Source: a virus (Duplodnaviria > Caudoviricetes). From it: a DNA stretch of 44,121 bases. The notes beneath the pieces are model-generated. The model was not told the DNA's origin, ran no database searches, and worked only from the letters and a program-made list of their open reading frames with translations. Each line of letters opens with the position of its first letter. Position 1 is the stretch's first letter. This document shows, one piece after another, positions 7,973 to 17,830 of the stretch. The stretch is taken from positions 1-44,121 of IMG/VR virus record IMGVR_UViG_3300033067_000707, one strand, 5' to 3'. The position numbers and the translations under genes were made by a program.

Positions 7973-8475
7973 GCTTCGCTCCCGCGGTTAGCAGCACCGA
8001 CCTGGTCGGCAGTCAAGACCGGCAAGGGCATCTGAACCCCGTTCGGCCAGCGGATAGAGTCAACCTCATCGATATGGAACGGGACGATGTTGACCATGTT
8101 GCTCTGGTTGCCGCCGAGGCCGAAGAGCGTTCGACCATCGGCAGTCCGGCCGACGATAAAGAACACGTGGCCGCCGCCCTTTCGTGACTTCACGCCGATA
8201 GCACCGAAGGGGATCATCCCGGTCTTGGGAACAATCGTCCCGTAGTCAGCGTAAGCCTTCGCGCGGTACCAGTGCTGTGGAATACCGAGTCCGGCAGCGA
8301 CCAGGCAGTGGGCAACGAAAGTCCCACACCAAGGAGTCTCATCCTCCTTCCACCAAGCCTTCAAGGTATTCAGCCACTTGATAATCGTCGGATTGTGCTG
8401 CTTACCGGGGATCTCCCGCATACCGCGGTAGCGCATTGCCTCCTCGATCCAGGCGGGTAGGGGCTTTGGAAACAT
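7969..8475 (-). CDS. TIGR02594-family NlpC/P60-CHAP-like endolysin
   Basis: DETPWCGTFV, GGGHVFF, LGGNQSN motifs. Confidence 0.85.
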   Translation of the reverse strand: MFPKPLPAWIEEAMRYRGMREIPGKQHNPTIIKWLNTLKAWWKEDETPWCGTFVAHCLVAAGLGIPQHWYRAKAYADYGTIVPKTGMIPFGAIGVKSRKGGGHVFFIVGRTADGRTLFGLGGNQSNMVNIVPFHIDEVDSIRWPNGVQMPLPVLTADQVGAANRGSEA

Positions 8476-8486
8476 AGTTCTTCTCC

Positions 8487-9245
8487 TTATCCAAGATATT
8501 CGACCATGAGGCCGCGGCAGACAATATCATTTGCGACAGCACCGGTGCCTACCTGACCGGTAGCCTTAATTTCTACGGTGGCGGTCAGGTCCTGCGTGGA
8601 GGTCAGTGTCCCAAAGGCGTTGCCCGCACTGGTGCTGCTGTTGTTGGTGCTCCACTGGGCCACGATGTCCATGATCCTTTGTGTGGCCGATCCCGTCCGT
8701 ATGATGGTCCCCGATACACAAAGAAAGGTGTGGGCTGCCGTGGTGGAAGTCAGGAAGCCGATCACCGTGCTACCAAAATACAGCCTCCCGGTGCGCGAGC
8801 GAGTGGTGCCCGCAAAGTTAAAGTTTGCGCTGATGCGAAGTGCCTTGTAGTCCCGGTTCAAGAAGTTGGCGGGCATGGTGAAGGTTGCCAGCGTCTTCTC
8901 GGTCGTTGCCGCGTTGGTGCCCACCCCCGAGTCGGTGAGATACATCAAGCCGGGCATTGCTTCTCGGGGTGCCACACAGGCGACAGTCGCCGATCCCGTC
9001 AGGTTCAGCAGCGACCCTGTGGAGGAGGCTACCAGGGTTCGAGTCAGCGTGGTGCCGGAAGCAGTGTAGGTACCATAACCAATTTCCCAGGCCGTCCCAT
9101 CCTCGATCAGGTAGTCATAGACGAAGCCATCTACCGCACCTGCCGCCGACCATGACTGATAGGGCGTAACCGAGCTGCCGAGAGTGACAGTCCCGGTTCC
9201 GGTCGTCGAGGTATTGACCTTAGCGCGATTGAGAAGGATAGACAT
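8487..9245 (-). CDS. Tail fibre/appendage protein
   Basis: N-terminal NRAK..TTGTGTVTL..WEIGYGTY..TLTR domain typical of phage fibres; Thr/Gly-rich. Confidence 0.6.
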   Translation of the reverse strand: MSILLNRAKVNTSTTGTGTVTLGSSVTPYQSWSAAGAVDGFVYDYLIEDGTAWEIGYGTYTASGTTLTRTLVASSTGSLLNLTGSATVACVAPREAMPGLMYLTDSGVGTNAATTEKTLATFTMPANFLNRDYKALRISANFNFAGTTRSRTGRLYFGSTVIGFLTSTTAAHTFLCVSGTIIRTGSATQRIMDIVAQWSTNNSSTSAGNAFGTLTSTQDLTATVEIKATGQVGTGAVANDIVCRGLMVEYLG

Positions 9246-9253
9246 AGATCACC

Positions 9254-9580
9254 TTACCACAGGATTGAGATGGACCCGCCGCCGGCTGCGAGCGAGTTAC
9301 CGGACATAAGGACTTCGCGAACAACGTAAGCGACCCGAACCTCAGCGTTGGCTTCAGTAAACAGCACCTCTCGAATGGCGCTGGCAACGCGCACCTCGCC
9401 GGGTCCACCGAACAGCACCTCTCGAGCCAGGTAAGAAACCCGGACAGGATCGATGCCGCCTAGGGCGGGAACCAGGCCCGCGACCAAGACTGTGCCGATC
9501 AGCGGAGTTACTATGGTCCCGCTGGTTGTCGATAGGATCGAACCTACTGGCGCTGAGCCTACAGGATCGAAACCGGCCAT
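9254..9580 (-). CDS. Small virion protein with three 17-18 aa VRVxxxxREVL repeats
   Basis: Repeats visible in the protein and as AACAGCACCTCTCGA recurring 51 bp apart in the DNA. Confidence 0.6.
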   Translation of the reverse strand: MAGFDPVGSAPVGSILSTTSGTIVTPLIGTVLVAGLVPALGGIDPVRVSYLAREVLFGGPGEVRVASAIREVLFTEANAEVRVAYVVREVLMSGNSLAAGGGSISILW

Positions 9581-10035
9581 CAGCTGGTGACCGTGATGAT
9601 GCCGCTGCTAAGCGGGATAAGGAGGGGACTCACGGAAGCCGTCACCGTAGAGGAACCGCCAAGGTCGTTTGCATCGAAGAAACAGAACAGGTCCTTGTTG
9701 GCGTTGGTATCGTCATAGATAACGCCATACTTGAATACCAAGGATCCCGTCAGCGTCCAGCTCGCATCGGTGGCCAACCACGTTACCACGTTGCTTACCT
9801 GGCTTAGCGATATTCCTGACAGCGCAAGACCGCCGGACGTATACCCTCCCGCGGTTGCAAGCTCATTGGTTAGGTCGGAGTATCGACAATCGGTCGAGCT
9901 CCCAACAAAGGCTCGGCTAAGCGCCTGTGTGGAGCCACAAAGCGCTAGCTTGAAGCTGTGACTGTCGAGGTCAATCAGCCCTTGGGTGAACTTGAGCTCA
10001 CCTTTATTGAATAGTGTCCATGCACCAACAGCCAT
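9580..10035 (-). CDS. Putative virion/tail appendage protein
   Basis: IDLDSHSFKLAL..NELATAGGYTSGG pattern common in phage tail modules; synteny. Confidence 0.55.
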   Translation of the reverse strand: MAVGAWTLFNKGELKFTQGLIDLDSHSFKLALCGSTQALSRAFVGSSTDCRYSDLTNELATAGGYTSGGLALSGISLSQVSNVVTWLATDASWTLTGSLVFKYGVIYDDTNANKDLFCFFDANDLGGSSTVTASVSPLLIPLSSGIITVTS

Positions 10036-10045
10036 TGGTCAGTCC

Positions 10046-11599
10046 TTACGAAACAAGCCGCATACCGTGACGCGCGGCGTTGAGGCCCGCGGCGGTCCAT
10101 GCAGCCGAGGTGTGGGGGTCAGTATCGAAGTAGGAGCCATACTGAGTCACAGAGGAGGGAACCGACTGAGCCGAGAGGCTGCCAGAGGACGTGGTAACAT
10201 TCGACTTCGTTCGGATATCCATCGTCCGGACGCCGGTACCATTGAGGTAAGCTACAGCCTTGATGCCCACACTGTAGATCTGCGCGGGTGTGGTGCTGAG
10301 CGCATCGAACTCATATAGATCTTCATCGCCGGGAGTGGTCGAGATATTGTAGGACGTGGCAGTCGGGTAGGGACCCTGGGCTACCTGGACCCAGTTGTCC
10401 GTCACACCAGTTAGCGTTGCCCAGATGCTGATCGTCCCAGCGCCTGAAGTCATCGTCGGAGCCGTAGCTGGTGCGCCTGACGTGTAGGTGTTGGCTGCCT
10501 GGAAGCCCGCCGCCGATGAGTCATAGCGGTTCATCGCAATTGAGGTGTCGGTGATGTAACCCACCCAGTAGTCGACCCCGGCAGTCAACGCCTGAGGAGT
10601 TACCAGAGGCAACGTCAGCTGGGCGTTGGAAGTCGTTCCCACCACCTCGGTACCGCTTGACAGCAGGGAGCCCGGAACGCCACCACTATCCGCGTAGATC
10701 ACGCCTTTCAGCTTAGCGGTTGCAGATGCCGTGTTGGGAACGGTATTGATCGCGGTAGCCGTACCACTCGCCTGTGCGGTATACTTGATAAGGAACAGTC
10801 GGTTGGCACCCGGCGAGTAGGTGTTGAGGGCGGTGAGGCCCAGTCGCTGACCCAACTGACTTGCGCCAACGTCCCACTGCTTTTGGCTGTCCGCCTTGAC
10901 GAAGTGAGTCTCCACAATCGGGTTGCTGAGCGCGGGAGTCTCCGAGCCGCCCGCAGCCGTGTAGCACCAGAGATAGAAGTGATCGAGGACGGTCACTTGA
11001 GTGTTGCCCTGGAGTATTTGGATGCCGTTGAACACGTTGCCCGCAATCGGCGAGGTGTTGATCCCCGTAAGCGTCAGGTTCGGCTCCGCTACGCCATTGA
11101 CGTAGACCTTGGCGATGCCCGTCGAGCCATGGAAGGTGAAGTCCCACTCGAGGACGATGATCGAGGAAGAGGTGAAGGTCGAAGTCCCCGTCGCCAGAAG
11201 AGTACCACCGCTTGCGGATCCTCGGTAGACCTGAAGGCGGCCAGTCAAGTCCATGCTGATGGACATCTGGGCTGAAGCACCCAACAGGAACTCAACTCCT
11301 GCTTTCTGGGATCCCGTATTGGTCATTGGCCAGTTACGGAGTGTAATACCACCAAGCACTCGAGCATAGGACGCGGGCAAGTACTTCGTCAAGCCGAAAC
11401 GGCCACCCGCACCCAGGTTACCGATCTCCAGTGCATAGCCAGTTCCCGTCAGCGCGGTGGTAATGCCCATCGCGTCACCAGTGATGTCATTCCACTCACC
11501 ACGGATAATCATGCCGTCTAGGCCGGCATCCGTATTGTCCATGATCGCGGTTCCGTACTTGTCGAAACCATCGATGAAGGTGTAGTCGGGGAGAGCCAT
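10046..11599 (-). CDS. Virion structural protein, beta-rich; paralog of 16757-17830
   Basis: FIDGFDKY start, DEDLY and DPHTSAAWT end; located in the tail cluster. Confidence 0.6.
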   Translation of the reverse strand: MALPDYTFIDGFDKYGTAIMDNTDAGLDGMIIRGEWNDITGDAMGITTALTGTGYALEIGNLGAGGRFGLTKYLPASYARVLGGITLRNWPMTNTGSQKAGVEFLLGASAQMSISMDLTGRLQVYRGSASGGTLLATGTSTFTSSSIIVLEWDFTFHGSTGIAKVYVNGVAEPNLTLTGINTSPIAGNVFNGIQILQGNTQVTVLDHFYLWCYTAAGGSETPALSNPIVETHFVKADSQKQWDVGASQLGQRLGLTALNTYSPGANRLFLIKYTAQASGTATAINTVPNTASATAKLKGVIYADSGGVPGSLLSSGTEVVGTTSNAQLTLPLVTPQALTAGVDYWVGYITDTSIAMNRYDSSAAGFQAANTYTSGAPATAPTMTSGAGTISIWATLTGVTDNWVQVAQGPYPTATSYNISTTPGDEDLYEFDALSTTPAQIYSVGIKAVAYLNGTGVRTMDIRTKSNVTTSSGSLSAQSVPSSVTQYGSYFDTDPHTSAAWTAAGLNAARHGMRLVS

Positions 11600-14301
11600 T
11601 AGCGAGTTCCCTTGATCGAGCCATAAACAAGACCCTGCATCCCGTTCAGGTTAGCGGGTGCAACAATGATGACGGGCTGCCCAAGCGGGATGCTCGAAGC
11701 AGACGCCTTGATAAAGGTGCCCGTGGAAGCACCGGACGCAAAGCGGAGAGTACCGATGGACGTCCCCGGCGGTGACTGAATGTCGAAGTCCGTAGTAGCT
11801 GTGGGAGTTGCCATCGATTGACTCGGCGCATCAGTCAGCGTTGCTTGACTATCGGTCAATCCCGCAGGGATCGTCCAAGCGACCGGGCTATCGAACCAGG
11901 CAATTGCCTTCGAAGCCACAGGAGACGGCCAGCTGAACGCGAAACCGAAAGGTTGGCCAGTTCCAGACGTGCTAGACGTGAGGTTGAGGCCGGCGGTGTT
12001 GTTGCTGTCGCCAATCGCGTTGCTCGCGACCAAGAAGTAGGTGTAGCCAAGGCCGGGACCAATCGCGCCGTCGTCATAGGCGGTAGCGGCAGCCGGGGCT
12101 GTAGCAATCAGCGAGGCAGTACCGAACGCTGCCCCGGTCCCCGATGCACGGTAGATCTTGTAGCCAGTGACATTATCATTGGGTGAGTTAGCCATCCAGG
12201 TCAGTCGATTGACGTTGCCGCTCGCCGATCCCGACAGTCCCGAGGGCGTAGCTGGTACGCCGCCAGATCCGGTACCAAAGCCTCCACCTGAAGGCGTGAT
12301 CGAGTAAGCCGTCACTGTGGACAGGTCCTCACTCATGATGTCAAAGGAGTTGACGCTCTGGAACTTCAGGTAAAGCGTCTTGCCGATATACTGAGCCGGC
12401 AAGGTATACTTAAAGATCGCATCATCCAAGAAGGCGAAGTTCGATCCCGAAGCGTGAGAAGCCTTGGTAGACCCATACATACCTCGCCACAGGTTCGTGA
12501 GGTTGTAGGCGTAGGTCGAAGTAAGCGTAGGGATCTCAAACGAAATAAGCTCGCCGTCCACATAGCACAGGTTCTGGCCGGCCGCCGCATCAGTAGCGGA
12601 AGCTTCAGCGTCGAGCTCACCCGCGCTCATCGCCATATTGACTCGGAGGACGTTGCCTGTATCGGGGTTCGTGCCGGCGTAGGTTGCGAGTGATGCACTC
12701 AGCTTACCCATTCGAGAGCTGGCGTCAATCTCGCCGATGTTGACATAGTGAATATCGTCTGTGGAGATCCACACAATCGCGCCGCCCCAGTTCGGGTCGT
12801 TGGTCGTACCATCCCCGCCTGACACAGCAGCCCAGATCTGAGCAACGCCGCCGGTCAGTGAAGACGGCGGTTCGAAGATGATCGGTGGATTGACCGGGCC
12901 CGGTTCCACAGCCGTATTCTTGGGAGTGTTGGTTACGGTCTGTCCCGAGTTGGCAGTCGGCGAAGAGATGCTGGCGGGGTACTCCTCGGCCACAATCTCG
13001 AGAGTGTCGTCCTCGGTCTCGCTGATTTCGCGTATCAAGACGTTGAACGTACCGAGCTGAGCGTCCACCACAGTAAGAACGTCCATCGGCTCGAGCAAGC
13101 AGAATTTGACCGGGAGAGTGAACTCATAGGTGTTGCGGATATACGCGCGGCGCTGGCCGATGAGTGCAACAACCACCTGAGCCATGGACAGCTCGGTGAT
13201 TTCCTTTGCCTCGAGGTTGTCATCCTTACGGAGGCCATACTGATCGACCAGCCCCTGATCGCGCCACGGCACAGGGAGCTCGTTATATTCGTTGGCCCGA
13301 TTGGCGATAATCATGGACAGCGAGTTGTAGGCGTCCGCGGGATCGGAGCGGTTCATCTTGATTGGGTCATCGCCAGAGTAGACGAAATCCGCATCCGTAA
13401 GCGTGTATCGAACCGGGAAGTCCGGAACGTAAGTCACCCCGTTGCCCGTCACAGTGTCCGGACCATATGGATGGAACTTCATCGAGTAGCCGTTCCACAC
13501 AATCGCGGTATTGCAGAGCATCGCCCAACGCTCAACTGTCTCACCGGCAGGAGTCTGCTGAGTCAAGCACGGCGACAGGGCAAATCCCATCGCGCGGCAA
13601 TACGTCTGGAAGGCGCTGTCGCCGGTCGTCGTAGCTGCGGGTGTGGAATACAGACCGGTGATGACCGACATATCGAACCCAAGGCCGAAGCTGTCATCGG
13701 TCAAGAAGTCCTCGACAATGAGTGCGGGGTCAGCATCGAGGGCGGTAGCTCCACCGCCGAGGCCCGTGTCCCAACGCAAGCCTTGAACCTCAAAGCTGTG
13801 CTGACCGAGAGCGTTCGACTGACCGAGGTCGTAGTTCGAGACGTCCACATGGGCGATGCCCGAATAGCCGAGCGCCTCCGTGGGATGCTTGGTCGTCAGA
13901 TAACCCCAAGGCGACTGAGGAGTCGTACCGAGGAAGAAGCTGAAGGCAACAGGAAGGCCTGCACCTCCACCGCCGCCCTTCTTCGACTTCGAGCCGCTGC
14001 CGCCTGTGGTCGTGTAGGCGATCTTCGACTGATCCTTCCACACCGAGACGATGCCGTGAACCTCGCCCCAGCACAAGCCCATCTGGAAAGACGCGGTGTA
14101 GGTGTAGGTCGTTACCGACTTACCACCGCCCTTGCCCTGCTTCTGCTTGTGAGCCTTGAAGTCGCCTTGCCAGATGACGTTGGGTGCCAGTCGGTTCTGG
14201 CCCCAACAGATCGGGATCGGCAATGCGCTTGAGGACGTCTGGGCCTGGATCCCCGTGAACTGGGGTTTGACCTTGCCGCCGCCTCCACCGAAGAAGCTCA
14301 T
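11599..14301 (-). CDS. Central tail/hub protein (Phage-tail_3, GTA megatron-like) with FN3 domain
   Basis: PIPICWGQNRLAPNVIW, YSGIAHV, LEPMDVL, LWRGMYGS, FN3-like LTW..VTGYKIYR..YTYFLVASN. Confidence 0.8.
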   Translation of the reverse strand: MSFFGGGGGKVKPQFTGIQAQTSSSALPIPICWGQNRLAPNVIWQGDFKAHKQKQGKGGGKSVTTYTYTASFQMGLCWGEVHGIVSVWKDQSKIAYTTTGGSGSKSKKGGGGGAGLPVAFSFFLGTTPQSPWGYLTTKHPTEALGYSGIAHVDVSNYDLGQSNALGQHSFEVQGLRWDTGLGGGATALDADPALIVEDFLTDDSFGLGFDMSVITGLYSTPAATTTGDSAFQTYCRAMGFALSPCLTQQTPAGETVERWAMLCNTAIVWNGYSMKFHPYGPDTVTGNGVTYVPDFPVRYTLTDADFVYSGDDPIKMNRSDPADAYNSLSMIIANRANEYNELPVPWRDQGLVDQYGLRKDDNLEAKEITELSMAQVVVALIGQRRAYIRNTYEFTLPVKFCLLEPMDVLTVVDAQLGTFNVLIREISETEDDTLEIVAEEYPASISSPTANSGQTVTNTPKNTAVEPGPVNPPIIFEPPSSLTGGVAQIWAAVSGGDGTTNDPNWGGAIVWISTDDIHYVNIGEIDASSRMGKLSASLATYAGTNPDTGNVLRVNMAMSAGELDAEASATDAAAGQNLCYVDGELISFEIPTLTSTYAYNLTNLWRGMYGSTKASHASGSNFAFLDDAIFKYTLPAQYIGKTLYLKFQSVNSFDIMSEDLSTVTAYSITPSGGGFGTGSGGVPATPSGLSGSASGNVNRLTWMANSPNDNVTGYKIYRASGTGAAFGTASLIATAPAAATAYDDGAIGPGLGYTYFLVASNAIGDSNNTAGLNLTSSTSGTGQPFGFAFSWPSPVASKAIAWFDSPVAWTIPAGLTDSQATLTDAPSQSMATPTATTDFDIQSPPGTSIGTLRFASGASTGTFIKASASSIPLGQPVIIVAPANLNGMQGLVYGSIKGTR

Positions 14302-14777
14302 TCATCCCTCCAATAGGTATAGACGCGAAGTGGGCGAAGCGATAACGGTGTCCCTCGTATGTCAACTTCCTCGACAATTTGAGACATGGCATACGCATGG
14401 ATTACATAGGGCCACTGCGTCACCAGCGCCGAGTGCGAAAACGTGCGACCGAGACGCAGCATCAGGACATCGCCAGGCTGCGGTTGGAAGCTCTCAGGCC
14501 GCTCATACGCAGCGCGCTCGTCATCATCCACCGGGTGCAAGCGCGCTTCGATCTCAGCTAGGTATTTTTCCTCACCGCGATGCAAGTGCCAGTCCATCGA
14601 ATATACGGCTGGCTCGAAGAAGTCCATGAGGCCAGCGCCCGAAAAGGCGTTGACCAAGAGCTGGGCACAATCGCACCCGTGACCCTTGACGCTGGCCCGG
14701 TGATGGTAGGGAGTACCGAGCCACTCGCGAGCTGCTGCCACAACGCGGGCGCGCTCTTCCTGTTCCTTATCCGCCAA
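14298..14777 (-). CDS. NlpC/P60 tail-associated peptidase
   Basis: AREWLGTPYHH..GCDCAQL..PGDV..FSHSA..IHAY. Confidence 0.9.
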   Translation of the reverse strand: MADKEQEERARVVAAAREWLGTPYHHRASVKGHGCDCAQLLVNAFSGAGLMDFFEPAVYSMDWHLHRGEEKYLAEIEARLHPVDDDERAAYERPESFQPQPGDVLMLRLGRTFSHSALVTQWPYVIHAYAMSQIVEEVDIRGTPLSLRPLRVYTYWRDE

Positions 14778-15669
14778 TTGCCGTCTCCGCTACTGGAATG
14801 AAGGGGAAACCCTTGAAGTAGTTTTCCCAGTTCGATGGGTGAAAGGTGGGGCATCGATCCTTCGTCCGATTGCATCCTGGATAAGCCGTGAAGTCCATGC
14901 CGGCGAGCGGGTCGAAGTCAAGCGGGTAGGACAGGTAAAGCCCAGACCCGTCCGCACGGGAGATAGTGCGAACGCGGGTCGTGCCATCCCCGTTGGTTAT
15001 GTGGATCTTGCCCAGGGCGTATTCGGAGGAAGAGGAAGCCCAAGGCAGATAGTTGCGAGTCGGCGAGGATCCCACAGTGCCGAGCACCGCCCAGGCCGAT
15101 TGGTCAACCCCGCAGATCGGGTCGCCCCAGGTGTTCTTGCAGTTCGCTTCCCACAGGTCGCGGGGCATATCGACGTTGAGCAAGATCAAGTCAGACTTGA
15201 CGTTCATGGTTGCCGACTGACGACCGACCGCGGAGAGCGTCGATACAAAACCGCTGAAGAGCGGGAAGCCGCCCATCCAAGGCTGACCAGGCGCGGTAGC
15301 GATAAAGCGATCCCGCTTGACCTTTGCGCCATCGAGTCGCCCGCGGAGCAGCGCCTGTGGCCAAGTCAGTTGAGCCTGATAGAGGATCTCAGGCGGGTAG
15401 TCAAGTTGCAGCTGCTGCTCATCGACTTCCACACCCACGCTGTTGTTGACCCGCAGTCCCTTGATGAGAACTACGCTGCCCGTGTAGGTAACGCGGGAGA
15501 TCCCGTCGATAGGAACCACGGAGACATCGGTCTGATAGTTTGTGTAGCGCATCACCACTCCCGTCTTGGGAATGATAGTGAAGCAGTCCGCATAGGCGAA
15601 CTGACCGCTGGCGAGAGCATCCTCGACATCAGCAGCCACGTAACCGGGTTGGGGCGTGATCGTTCTCAC
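14767..15669 (-). CDS. DUF2163/BR0599 baseplate hub protein
   Basis: C..WGDPICGV, PGCNRTKDRC, FKGFPFIP; GTG start overlaps upstream stop (GTGA). Confidence 0.85.
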   Translation of the reverse strand: MRTITPQPGYVAADVEDALASGQFAYADCFTIIPKTGVVMRYTNYQTDVSVVPIDGISRVTYTGSVVLIKGLRVNNSVGVEVDEQQLQLDYPPEILYQAQLTWPQALLRGRLDGAKVKRDRFIATAPGQPWMGGFPLFSGFVSTLSAVGRQSATMNVKSDLILLNVDMPRDLWEANCKNTWGDPICGVDQSAWAVLGTVGSSPTRNYLPWASSSSEYALGKIHITNGDGTTRVRTISRADGSGLYLSYPLDFDPLAGMDFTAYPGCNRTKDRCPTFHPSNWENYFKGFPFIPVAETAIGG

Positions 15670-16757
15670 TGGATAACACTCCGAAAGTTGCAGGTCTGCA
15701 TCGACCACAGTTGATCCATGAACTTCTCGAAGTCCTGCTGGTCGTCAAGGAAGCGGCAGGCGAAGAAGAACTGGAAGTCCGCGTAGATCTCCCCGGCGCT
15801 GGGTGCCGAGTCGAACAGAATGAAGTTCGGCTGACGAACACTGTAGAGCAGGTCGGAGACCTCGTAGCCGTAGGTGATCGTCACTGCAGCACCGGCATCC
15901 GCGGCGTTGAACGTATAGACGCCCGCGCTGACGGAATACTGACCGGCGGCCGGAGCACCCGTAACTTTGGTCATCGGCGTGGTGCCCTTGAGAACGCCGG
16001 CATCCCTGTGGAACGCAGCGGAATGGACAGTCGTGATTTCATAGGGAGCCATCGCTGGGATCGTGCCCGCCTCGTCGATCTGGTGATAGACAGCGATAGT
16101 GTTGGCCGTGTCAACCTGATTGACCTTCTCGGCGAAGCCTCCAAGCGTCCGGGTGAAGGGGAACTGAGTCGTTGCGCCGTCAGAGGTCCCACACAGGCCG
16201 TACTCGACGAGGTAATCGTCGGGGTCTTTGAGCAGGAACGTATCGAACGAACCGCGCATCTGAAGGAAGAAGCCCATGATCGTCTTGAGTGAGGACTCAG
16301 CGCCGCTCCGATCCTCCAGGAACTCATAGGAGAACTCGAAATCCCAGCGGGGGTATTCCATGAAGGAAGTGCGAACCTCGCCGCCAGCTGCCGACTCGAC
16401 AACGCGAGTCTTGAAGTAAGGCTTCTTGTGGACCGAGTAGGTGATGCCGGGGAGTGCGGTCTTGGCAGGATCCTTTGCCGCCGGGATCGACGGGGTGGTC
16501 GTGCTGTTGCCGAAGCCGGGGAAAGGGGTGGTGCTCATGGGTAACTCCGGTTGTACTGGAAACAAGGCCTGACAGAAAATCTCACACACTCGAATAGTCG
16601 AGTAACCACCCACCAGTGGCTGAGCCTGCTGATAGTTGGAACGGATAACCGAGTAACCGCCGTTGAGCGGTTGTGCAAACGTGAGGTTAAGCCGCACACT
16701 GGAATAGCCCGCGACAACAGGCTGCTGTATTGTCCAGTTAAGGCGGATCTCAGACAT
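15666..16757 (-). CDS. DUF2460 distal tail protein with N-terminal repeats and an inserted domain
   Basis: GGEVR..YPRWDFEFSY, FFLQMRGSFDTFLLKDPDD, FFFACRFLDD. Confidence 0.85.
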   Translation of the reverse strand: MSEIRLNWTIQQPVVAGYSSVRLNLTFAQPLNGGYSVIRSNYQQAQPLVGGYSTIRVCEIFCQALFPVQPELPMSTTPFPGFGNSTTTPSIPAAKDPAKTALPGITYSVHKKPYFKTRVVESAAGGEVRTSFMEYPRWDFEFSYEFLEDRSGAESSLKTIMGFFLQMRGSFDTFLLKDPDDYLVEYGLCGTSDGATTQFPFTRTLGGFAEKVNQVDTANTIAVYHQIDEAGTIPAMAPYEITTVHSAAFHRDAGVLKGTTPMTKVTGAPAAGQYSVSAGVYTFNAADAGAAVTITYGYEVSDLLYSVRQPNFILFDSAPSAGEIYADFQFFFACRFLDDQQDFEKFMDQLWSMQTCNFRSVIQ

Positions 16758-17830
16758 TAGACATCGACCCTCGGACCGATCTTCAGCGTGTTAACTTCGC
16801 CACCCGTAAAGGCTACGCCGGTGTCGGGGTTGAGCTCATAGACATCGCTGTAGAACGTGTAGCTCTGGTTGATTGCCCAGCTGTTGCCGTATGCGCTAAC
16901 GCCGGTCGCAGTCTTGATGCTGTTCGAGACAAACCGCTGAGTCGCATCGTCCTGACGATAGGAGGCATTAATCTCAATCCCGAAGACCTGAGGAGTGTTA
17001 AGCACCGGATTGATATTGTAGAGGTCTCGATCATTGACAACGGACTCATAGACATAGGTAGTGTCATTGAGAGCGGTGTTAAGAACAGACTGCCAGTTCG
17101 TCGCAGCGGGTGAAGTACCCCCGATGTTCCACTGGACTGTATCGTTGGAGACCGGCGCCATGTACTGAGCCCGGACGTTACCGAGGTAGTCGTTGTTTAC
17201 CGTCCCCTGATCGTCCAGCAGGTAGAAGTCATCCCAGCGCCAGCTGTCGGTAGCACCCGAGATTGAGCTCTTCCACCACTCGAAGGTGTCCCACCCCCGA
17301 GTACCCACACCGACGAGAGTACCGTAAGCCGTCTGCACGGAGGGGAGCGACAGGATAGGAACCGTGTTAATCTTTAGCTCAAAGCTGCCGGTAGTTAGAT
17401 GCGGCGTCCATTTGATTTCAAGGTAGAACCATTTGTTGGGGACGTACTGGCCAGCACCCGTTCGGGAGACAATGGTGTTGTTCCCCGTAATGTAGTCGAT
17501 ATTGCCGTTCTCCATGAAGTGCAGTCGCCATTGACGCTGCTCGCCGCTGGTCATGGAGTCGATAGCGGATAGGGAGTAACCCGGGCCAGTTGACGGGATC
17601 TTCATCCGCATCCCGATGACGCACTCGCCGGTGTAGCGGTTCCGCATATACCGCTGAAGGTAGTCATTGTTATTGTTGCTTGACAGCCCCATCGCGTAGC
17701 CATAGCCGAACGCCGTCGAGGAGTCACGGACTGTGGAGCTCGTGTTACCGAACCAGCCCTGGGCCTGCATTACCGCACTAATGCCCGATGAAGGCAGATA
17801 GTCGAAGCCGTCAATAATCCGAAGAGTCAT
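16757..17830 (-). CDS. Virion structural protein; paralog of 10046-11599
   Basis: IIDGFDYL start, WFYLEIK, DDFYLLD, DRDLY, NPDTGVAFT; lies between tape measure and Dit. Confidence 0.65.
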   Translation of the reverse strand: MTLRIIDGFDYLPSSGISAVMQAQGWFGNTSSTVRDSSTAFGYGYAMGLSSNNNNDYLQRYMRNRYTGECVIGMRMKIPSTGPGYSLSAIDSMTSGEQRQWRLHFMENGNIDYITGNNTIVSRTGAGQYVPNKWFYLEIKWTPHLTTGSFELKINTVPILSLPSVQTAYGTLVGVGTRGWDTFEWWKSSISGATDSWRWDDFYLLDDQGTVNNDYLGNVRAQYMAPVSNDTVQWNIGGTSPAATNWQSVLNTALNDTTYVYESVVNDRDLYNINPVLNTPQVFGIEINASYRQDDATQRFVSNSIKTATGVSAYGNSWAINQSYTFYSDVYELNPDTGVAFTGGEVNTLKIGPRVDV

